Shown: positions 8,803-14,820 of the stretch, one piece after another | Numbering within the stretch: position 1 is the first letter of the stretch | How the letters are laid out: the number at the start of each line of letters is the position of its first letter | Source: a virus | Lineage: Duplodnaviria > Heunggongvirae > Uroviricota > Caudoviricetes | Virus record (IMG/VR): IMGVR_UViG_3300045538_000409 | Strand: one strand, 5' to 3' | DNA: 14,820 bases | The notes under the pieces: model-generated | Told to the model about the DNA's origin: nothing | Seen by the model: the letters and a program-made list of their open reading frames with translations, nothing else | Database searches by the model: none | Position numbers and translations under genes: made by a program

Positions 8803-8810
8803 TATAAATA
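8803..8810 (-). promoter_or_regulatory. Putative late promoter TATTTATA driving the minus-strand GNAT gene
   Basis: The + strand reads tataaata, i.e. TATTTATA on the minus strand, 19 nt before the ATG at 8783. Confidence 0.55.
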
Positions 8811-8811
8811 G

Positions 8812-8842
8812 TTGAATTTAAATTAAAAAATCCATATATTTG
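8812..8842 (+). promoter_or_regulatory. Bacteroidota sigmaA-type promoter for the nuclease-sbcD-ORF-sbcC operon
   Basis: TTG 8812-8814, 20-nt spacer, TATATTTG 8835-8842 followed by C. Confidence 0.75.
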
Positions 8843-8862
8843 CGAACAACCATTTTTTTTTT

Positions 8863-9804
8863 ATGGATAAAAAGAAACAATTATTAGGAATAGCGAAAGA
8901 GATTCGTGATTTAATTAGTGATAAACAAAAGGAACTAGAATTATCTTTCGTGGAAGATACACATACATATTACATTAAAGATAAAAATGGTGTAATGAGA
9001 AGTGACTTCCCTAGTGTATCTACTGTTATTAAACAATTTTATAATGATTTCCCAGAATTAGATAAATCATTAGAAATGTGCAATGGTGATATAGTAGAAC
9101 AAGATGCGTTATTGAAAGAATGGAGAGCTACCGCAGATTATGCTAACAACAAGGGGTCAAGAGTCCATTATTTATTGGAAATGGATTTATTAAAACAATA
9201 TGGCTCCTATAAAGAAGTAAGAAAACCAATATTTGAATGTGATGAAGACCAAATAAGAGATGGTAACGCCATGATTGACGCTGGACATGATTTTATTAGG
9301 CAAATGCACAGGAGAGGCGCAGTATTATTAGATACTGAAATGGTGTTAGGTAGTGCTGATTTAGAATATACTGGTCAACCTGATAAAATGTGGATTATGT
9401 TCGATAATATGGACAATTTAGGGTTAGTTTGTACAGATTATAAAACAAATAAGCCTAAGAACTTCCAAATACATTCATATACTGAAGAAATGTTAGCTCC
9501 ATTCGAAAACCACATGGACACTGCTTTGAGTCATTATATGATACAATTACCACTTTACATTAGACTTTTATTAGATATGCTTAAGGGGACCAAGTATGAA
9601 AACATAAAAGTATTAGGTGCAATAATAGTACATTTATTAGATACTGGTAAATTTGAGGAATATAGAATACCTAAATCGTTTATTAATCAAGTTTTAACCA
9701 TGCCACCACTTCCAAGAATTAAAGAAGTAAAAGCTAAAAAGAAGAATGATGCTCTTAGAGAAGAAAAAAGAATTGAAGAATTAAATAATCTATTAAAAGG
9801 ATAA
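8863..9804 (+). CDS. PD-(D/E)XK family nuclease (phage exonuclease, RecB/lambda-exo-like)
   Basis: HTYY...PSVSTVI, GSRVHYLLE, LDTEMVL, YTGQPDKM, CTDYKT and HYMIQLPLY motifs. Confidence 0.85.
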   Translation: MDKKKQLLGIAKEIRDLISDKQKELELSFVEDTHTYYIKDKNGVMRSDFPSVSTVIKQFYNDFPELDKSLEMCNGDIVEQDALLKEWRATADYANNKGSRVHYLLEMDLLKQYGSYKEVRKPIFECDEDQIRDGNAMIDAGHDFIRQMHRRGAVLLDTEMVLGSADLEYTGQPDKMWIMFDNMDNLGLVCTDYKTNKPKNFQIHSYTEEMLAPFENHMDTALSHYMIQLPLYIRLLLDMLKGTKYENIKVLGAIIVHLLDTGKFEEYRIPKSFINQVLTMPPLPRIKEVKAKKKNDALREEKRIEELNNLLKG

Positions 9805-9806
9805 AT

Positions 9807-10622
9807 ATGTCAATAAAAATCATACACCACCTAGGTGATATTCACATCAGAACATATCGCATGCACGATGAATACAAAGAAATATTCAACACAACCCTTG
9901 ATGAATTAAAGGAGTTATCAAAAGGATATAAGAGAGAAGAAGTTAGAATCGTAATTGCGGGTGATTATGTTCATCAAAAGATTACAATATCTAATGAATT
10001 AATTATTTTAGGTACGTGGTTTTTACGAGAGTTAGAAAAAATAGCACCAGTTATTATAATTTTAGGGAATCATGATTTATTGGAAAACAATAAAGATAGA
10101 ATGGATTCAATAACACCAATGGTTGAATTATTAGAAGGTCTTGATATTAAGTTATATACTGAATCAAAATGTTATGAAGATAATAATGTAGTTTGGTGTG
10201 TTTACGCTATAAAAGAAGAAAATAAAAGACCTAATATTGAAGATGCTAGAATTGATTATGGTAATGATAAAAAATATATAGGGTTATTTCATGGGCCATT
10301 AGTTGGTTCATCAACTGATATTGGATTTGAAATTGAACATGGTTATGGCGTTGAAGAATTCGAAGGTTGTGATGCGGTTATGTGTGCGGACATTCATAAA
10401 CGTCAACAATTAACATATAAAAATATACCAATAGTTTATTCCTCAAGTTTAATTCAACAAAATTATGGTGAAAAAATAGGAAAACATGGTTTCTTAACTT
10501 GGGATGTAGCTAATTTAACTTATGAAGAACATGATATTAAAACAAATTATGGTTTTTATCAATTCAAGATAGAATCCATAGATGATATAGAAAATAATAA
10601 AGAAATCTTAACTAATCAATAA
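9807..10622 (+). CDS. sbcD: Mre11/SbcD (T4 gp47-like) metallophosphoesterase nuclease, C-terminally short (271 aa)
   Basis: Calcineurin-like motifs HLGDIH, AGDYVH, LGNHD, LFHG, CADIHKRQ; upstream of a Rad50 homologue. Confidence 0.9.
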   Translation: MSIKIIHHLGDIHIRTYRMHDEYKEIFNTTLDELKELSKGYKREEVRIVIAGDYVHQKITISNELIILGTWFLRELEKIAPVIIILGNHDLLENNKDRMDSITPMVELLEGLDIKLYTESKCYEDNNVVWCVYAIKEENKRPNIEDARIDYGNDKKYIGLFHGPLVGSSTDIGFEIEHGYGVEEFEGCDAVMCADIHKRQQLTYKNIPIVYSSSLIQQNYGEKIGKHGFLTWDVANLTYEEHDIKTNYGFYQFKIESIDDIENNKEILTNQ

Positions 10623-11203
10623 TGGAACTACCAAAAGAAATAAAAGACGAAATATGGGATTTCTGTCGCACGAATAATATACCATCTGTCGATAATTTTA
10701 TTATAAAAATGGTAAAACAAGGGTTCACTTCTGAAAAATACGGCTCAACCCCATGGGATAAACCAGCTGAAATTGTTGAGAAAATAATTGAAAAGGTTGT
10801 AGAAAAGGAAGTAATAAAAGAAGTACCAGTTGAAGTGGTAAAAGAAGTTGAAAAGATTATAGAGAAAGAAGTGTTTATTACTGATGATGAAACTGTAAAT
10901 TTCTTACAAAAAGAAATATCAGACCTTAAGATAATCTTAAAGGATAACATTAATCAATTTGATGACGACCGAAAAGCACATAGTATTATTTGCAACGATT
11001 ATGACAAAGAAATAACGGAACTTAACGTTAAAATTGAGACACTTAATCGAGAAATTTCCGATTTAAACAATAAAAGTAAACAACTTGAGGAAGAGTTAAA
11101 GACTGAAAAAGAAAAACCAAAACAAGAAGATAATGATATATACGGAGAACAAAAGGGTTACTTCGGTTCAAATTTAAGTGATTTATGGGACAAGAAAAAA
11201 TAG
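10622..11203 (+). CDS. Hypothetical protein (193 aa): RHH-like N-terminus, V/I-E-K low-complexity linker, coiled coil
   Basis: TAATG coupling to sbcD. ELPKEIKDEIWDFCRTNNIPSVDNFIIKMVKQGF has a strand-helix-turn-helix pattern. Heptad-rich C-terminal half. Ends with TAG followed by TAA. Confidence 0.75.
   Translation: MELPKEIKDEIWDFCRTNNIPSVDNFIIKMVKQGFTSEKYGSTPWDKPAEIVEKIIEKVVEKEVIKEVPVEVVKEVEKIIEKEVFITDDETVNFLQKEISDLKIILKDNINQFDDDRKAHSIICNDYDKEITELNVKIETLNREISDLNNKSKQLEEELKTEKEKPKQEDNDIYGEQKGYFGSNLSDLWDKKK
10769..10879 (+). repeat. Degenerate VEK/IEK/KEV peptide repeat
   Basis: EIVEKIIEKVVEKEVIKEVPVEVVKEVEKIIEKEVFI. Confidence 0.8.
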
Positions 11204-11208
11204 TAAAC

Positions 11209-13563
11209 ATGATACAAATACCAGAACAAGCTAAAATTAAAGTTTATTGGTCAGATTATCCAGAAAATTATTCTAGAGAATCTAGGAATAGAGTAAAGAA
11301 ATATTTTTCAATAAAATATAATATTCCCAGTGAAAACATTAATGTTACATATAAACCAATCAAAAGAAATCAGAATGGTGATATAATTGAAATTAGTGGC
11401 GCAAATATTGAAAACATTATGAGTATTCAATATCAAAGGGAATTATTTAAAGAATGGCTAACAAGAGAAGGTAAAACTGATGTTGATTTTGATAGATTAT
11501 TATCATTGGATGATAAGGTTAATAATGAGATGGAAATTGATATTAATGAGAACTCACATAAGAAATATAAATTAAAATGGATAACTATAAATAATTTCTT
11601 ATCTTATGGTGAAAATAATCATTTCCCAGTTAGTGATTTTAAAGGTTTCACTGTTGTTAATTCGTTACCAGCAAATACTGGAGGAAAAACTACTTTAACA
11701 ATAGATTCAGTTAAATTTTTATTCTTTGGTAAAACTACAAAAACAGAAACAAATGAACAAGTTTTTAATCAATTCAGCGATGCCAATGAATTAACAGTTA
11801 AGGGTGCTATAGAAATTGATGGTGGAGAAGAGTTAATAATAGAAAGGAAATTAGAAAGGAAAGCAAAGAGAAATGGTGGCTGGAATATCACAAATAAGTT
11901 AAACTATTACAAGATATTACCAGATGGTGAAGAGGAAATATTAAATGATGAAGATGCAATTAAAACTACAAAATTAATCAAAGAAATAGTTGGTGAAGAA
12001 AGTGATTTTGACCTAGTAGTATTAGCCACTTCTAGGAACTTAGATAGCCTTGTTGATTCAACCGCAGGTGAAAGTGGTAAATTATTAACTAAATTCATTG
12101 GTTTAGAACCAATTGCAATAAAAGAAAGAATTGTTAGAGATATGTACAATACCTTTAGTAAATCAATGAAAAGTAATATCTACGATGTTGAAACACTTAA
12201 AGAGGAAATAAAGCAACATAATGAAGTATTAATAACCTTAAATGAAACACAAAAGAGTTTAAACGATGATTTAATTAGTGAAAACAATAATTATAAAAAG
12301 TTATCTGAAGAAAAATTATCCAAAGTTGAATCAAAAGATAAGATTGACTCTACTATATTTACATTAAACCCTTCTAAATTAGAAGAGGAGATTGAAATAA
12401 TAGTTAATACTGGCTTAAAACATAAATCTGATATAGAATTAATTGATGAAGAATTAAAAAATATAGGAAAAGTTGATTTTGATGAAGATACTGATTTTAA
12501 ATTAAATAAAGAAAAGCAGGAAATATTAAGTGAGGTAGCGGTAACTGATTCAGAAATAAACAGATTAAAAAATGTTATTAAAGGATTAATTAATGGTGGT
12601 ATATGTCAAGCATGTAATAGAAAACTAGATAATGTTGATAATACTGAGCATATTGATATGCATAATAAAACAATTGAAAATTTAATTAATTCTATTAATA
12701 TTAGAAAAAGGAGATTAGATGTCGTAATAGAAGAAATAAATAAATTAAGTACTGTTAAAGCGCAAATAGAAAAGAAAAATAAGTTAGAATTAAATCGAGA
12801 TAGGTTTAGTGTAGAAATTGAATCATTAAGAAATAAAATAAAGGATAAGAAGAGCGATTTAAAAAAATATAATGATAATATAGAATCGATTGAAAAAAAT
12901 AAAAATATCGATGCTGACATTAGTTTAATAAATACTAAGTTATCGGTTAGTGAAACCGCTAAGAATAAAATAAACTCAGAATTACAGAATTTAGCTATTA
13001 ATATCGATTCCAACAGTAAGGATATTCTTAAGAAAGAAAATCTTATTAAGAATATTAATGGTGAAAGAGAAATAGAAAAAATATTCAAGTTATATATCGA
13101 TATGGTAGGTAAAAAGGGCATTAGTAAATTAGTATTAAGGTCGGTATTACCTATTATCAATAGTGAATTACAAAGATTATTAGAAGATATTACTGATTTT
13201 GAAGTTGAAGTGTATATTGATGATAAAAATGAAGTAAGATATTTATTAGTTAAGGATGGTATTGAAAAATCTCTTAAGTCTGGTAGTGGTTTTGAATTAA
13301 CAACTGCAAGTATTGCCTTAAGATGCGTATTAGGTAAGATGTCAACGTTACCATCACCAAACTTTATAACATTTGATGAGGTATTAGGTAGAGTTGCACC
13401 AGAAAATATACCAAATATAAAACCTTTATTTGAACGTATCTCCGATATGTTCGATATTGTGTTTTTTATAACGCAAAACGAGGTGGTGAAAGATTGGGCA
13501 AAAAATATCATCACAATTAACAAGGTTAATAATATATCTAGACTGAATGCGAAAGGATATTAA
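11209..13563 (+). CDS. sbcC: Rad50/SbcC (T4 gp46-like) SMC-family ATPase with a ~119-aa N-terminal extension
   Basis: YKLKWITINNFLSYG first strand, P-loop PANTGGKTT, coiled coil with zinc hook CQAC (12604-12615), signature GSGFE, Walker B FITFDE. Start is either ATG 11209 or the overlapping ATG 11185. Confidence 0.9.
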   Translation: MIQIPEQAKIKVYWSDYPENYSRESRNRVKKYFSIKYNIPSENINVTYKPIKRNQNGDIIEISGANIENIMSIQYQRELFKEWLTREGKTDVDFDRLLSLDDKVNNEMEIDINENSHKKYKLKWITINNFLSYGENNHFPVSDFKGFTVVNSLPANTGGKTTLTIDSVKFLFFGKTTKTETNEQVFNQFSDANELTVKGAIEIDGGEELIIERKLERKAKRNGGWNITNKLNYYKILPDGEEEILNDEDAIKTTKLIKEIVGEESDFDLVVLATSRNLDSLVDSTAGESGKLLTKFIGLEPIAIKERIVRDMYNTFSKSMKSNIYDVETLKEEIKQHNEVLITLNETQKSLNDDLISENNNYKKLSEEKLSKVESKDKIDSTIFTLNPSKLEEEIEIIVNTGLKHKSDIELIDEELKNIGKVDFDEDTDFKLNKEKQEILSEVAVTDSEINRLKNVIKGLINGGICQACNRKLDNVDNTEHIDMHNKTIENLINSINIRKRRLDVVIEEINKLSTVKAQIEKKNKLELNRDRFSVEIESLRNKIKDKKSDLKKYNDNIESIEKNKNIDADISLINTKLSVSETAKNKINSELQNLAINIDSNSKDILKKENLIKNINGEREIEKIFKLYIDMVGKKGISKLVLRSVLPIINSELQRLLEDITDFEVEVYIDDKNEVRYLLVKDGIEKSLKSGSGFELTTASIALRCVLGKMSTLPSPNFITFDEVLGRVAPENIPNIKPLFERISDMFDIVFFITQNEVVKDWAKNIITINKVNNISRLNAKGY

Positions 13564-13587
13564 CTCATAAAAAAAATGTACAAAAGA

Positions 13588-13618
13588 TTGAATAAAGAAG
13601 TCTTTATCCGTATATTTG
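13588..13618 (+). promoter_or_regulatory. Bacteroidota sigmaA-type promoter upstream of the hypothetical ORF and sigma gene
   Basis: TTG 13588-13590, 20-nt spacer, TATATTTG 13611-13618. Confidence 0.75.
13592..13607. repeat. Perfect inverted repeat ATAAAGA-ag-TCTTTAT inside the promoter spacer (operator candidate)
   Basis: 7-bp arms at 13592-13598 and 13601-13607 are exact reverse complements. Confidence 0.6.
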
Positions 13619-13637
13619 TAAATAAAAAAACATAAAT

Positions 13638-14225
13638 ATGGGATTTAAATATTATTGCATAGTAGTTATGGGTGAAACAAAAGGTGTCTTGAATGAAATC
13701 GCAGATATTTGTAATGACGACCCTAAAGTTTTAGATGCTAAAGGAATATTAATTTGTACGTTTAATAGTGCCACTAACGCTAAAGAAATGGAGGATTACT
13801 TTACCTCATTAGGTAGAAGTTTTTTCTTATTTGAAATTGGAGCTAAAAATACTGGTTACAATATTGTAAATAAAACAATACGTGAAGGATTATTTTCACA
13901 CATTGAATCTGACTTAAATGATTTACCTAAGAAATCAAAAAGTTTATTTGATGAATTACAAAATGGGGTATTTGAACCATTACCTGAAAACATCAAACAA
14001 ATGTTATTAAATAATAGTGGTACAACAAAAGAGCATAACCCAGAACAAACAACTAATATAGAAACTGTTGAGATTAAGGGTAAATTAAAAATTAATCAAT
14101 CTTACTATAATAAATTATCGGAAAAAGAAAGAGATAATATTATCAATAATATAATAGATAAGGGTTTTTCTAATTTAACTGATTTAGATAAAGAAATATT
14201 AGATTTTTTGAGTAAAAAGAGATAA
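13638..14225 (+). CDS. Hypothetical protein (195 aa): ferredoxin-like beta-alpha-beta N-terminus and a short helical C-terminal motif resembling DUF6576
   Basis: Intact ORF with its own promoter and A-rich leader. C-terminal INNIIDKGFSNLTDLDKEIL resembles the ILDKIxxxGyxsLTxxEKxxL pattern; domain calls are by eye only. Confidence 0.65.
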   Translation: MGFKYYCIVVMGETKGVLNEIADICNDDPKVLDAKGILICTFNSATNAKEMEDYFTSLGRSFFLFEIGAKNTGYNIVNKTIREGLFSHIESDLNDLPKKSKSLFDELQNGVFEPLPENIKQMLLNNSGTTKEHNPEQTTNIETVEIKGKLKINQSYYNKLSEKERDNIINNIIDKGFSNLTDLDKEILDFLSKKR

Positions 14226-14284
14226 ATTACATCAACATATCATAAATATATGATGATAATAATAAGTTTTATGTGTTAAAATAA

Positions 14285-14820
14285 ATGAATAAAAATATTG
14301 CAAATGCGGCAGATGATTCAACGATATCAAATTTTTTTAAAGAAGTAAGAAAGACTGAATTAATCACACCAGAAGAAGAAATAGAATTAGCGTTAAGAAT
14401 ACAAGATGGTGATACAAAGGCTATGGATAGATTAGTTAAAGCTAATTTAAAATTCGTAATATCAATAGCTAAAGAATATCAAGGGCAAGGGCTACCCTTA
14501 AGTGATTTAATAAGTGAAGGTAATCTAGGTTTAGTTAAAGCTGCAACACGTTACGACCACACAAAGGGGTTTCGTTTTATAACCTATGCTGTATGGTGGA
14601 TTAAAGAAGCAATTTTCAAAAGCCTTAATGATAATGCTAGAACAATAAGACTACCGACAAATGTCATTAAAAAACTATCTGAATTAAGAAAAGAAAGTGA
14701 TAAATTTAGATTTGAGAATGAAAGAGAACCTTATTATGGGGAAATCGTTGATGAGAATGGTGAAATTGACGAATTATTAACTCCAACATGTACTTCATTA
14801 AATGATACAATAAATGAAGA
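14285..14820 (+). CDS. Phage-encoded RNA polymerase sigma70 factor (RpoD/RpoS-like, no region 1.1), 3'-truncated by the window; missing from the ORF track
   Basis: Manual translation: MNKNIANAADDSTISNFFKEVRKTELITPEEEIELALRIQDGDTKAMDRLVKANLKFVISIAKEYQGQGLPLSDLISEGNLGLVKAATRYDHTKGFRFITYAVWWIKEAIFKSLNDNARTIRLP..., i.e. regions 1.2, 2.1-2.4 and 3. Confidence 0.93.
   Translation, partial: MNKNIANAADDSTISNFFKEVRKTELITPEEEIELALRIQDGDTKAMDRLVKANLKFVISIAKEYQGQGLPLSDLISEGNLGLVKAATRYDHTKGFRFITYAVWWIKEAIFKSLNDNARTIRLPTNVIKKLSELRKESDKFRFENEREPYYGEIVDENGEIDELLTPTCTSLNDTINE

Noticed and set aside
8803-8810. TATAAATA on the + strand as a T4-type late promoter for the nuclease operon
   Set aside because: Elsewhere the motif lies upstream of genes only in the TATTTATA orientation, and the nuclease has its own host-type promoter; the minus-strand reading is more parsimonious.
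8863-9804. Cas4 or CRISPR-associated interpretation of the PD-(D/E)XK nuclease
   Set aside because: No four-Cys Fe-S cluster pattern, and no cas genes or repeat-spacer array nearby; the context is replication/recombination.
11201-11206. Possible stop-codon reassignment (the only TAG stop, backed by TAA; the other 12 complete stops are TAA)
   Set aside because: All genes are intact under the standard code with no in-frame TAG or TGA interruptions, so recoding is not supported in this window.
6725-12149. Short minus-strand ORFs 6725-6940, 6959-7177, 7835-8023, 10612-10950 and 11907-12149
   Set aside because: All lie within well-supported plus-strand genes, with no recognisable motifs or promoters.
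13240-13246. Intragenic TATTTAT in sbcC
   Set aside because: No nearby start codon for a plausible gene; shows that the 7-mer also occurs by chance.
12606-13523. 305-aa minus-strand ORF
   Set aside because: Antisense shadow of sbcC; its hydrophobic I/L/F/S-rich composition is what the reverse complement of an A-rich coiled-coil gene gives. No promoter or motif.
13638-13850. Cas2/VapD assignment for the ferredoxin-like N-terminus
   Set aside because: Lacks the acidic residue after the first strand (YD motif), and there is no CRISPR context.
14231-14257. Hairpin ATCA-A-CATAT/ATATG-A-TGAT between the hypothetical ORF and sigma as a terminator
   Set aside because: AT-rich, mismatched stem with no immediate U-tract; too weak to call.

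Overview
An AT-rich, densely coding segment of a large tailed-phage genome, very probably infecting a Bacteroidota host (host-type TTG-N20-TATATTTG promoters, no Shine-Dalgarno motifs, A-rich leaders, a Bacteroidota-like sigma70). Bases 1-6560 form a virion structural module: the C-terminal part of a large protein, a small ORF, a 617-aa repeat/Ig-like protein, and two tandem paralogues with a split P2-gpH-like tail-fibre attachment domain. Bases 6609-14820 form a T4-style replication/recombination and transcription module: RuvC resolvase, DnaG-type primase, PD-(D/E)XK nuclease, Mre11/SbcD, an RHH/coiled-coil ORF, Rad50/SbcC, a hypothetical protein and a partial sigma70 gene. One minus-strand gene interrupts this module. 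It encodes a GNAT-fold protein with a late-type promoter and an N-terminus resembling a capsid-targeting leader, and is the best candidate for an undescribed virion-delivered effector. Also notable are an apparently re-partitioned Mre11-Rad50 complex with an inserted third gene, and two promoter classes (TATATTTG versus TATTTAT[A]) next to a phage sigma with an altered region 2.4. No RNA genes, CRISPR arrays or mobile elements were seen. All family assignments come from motif recognition by eye, not database searches.
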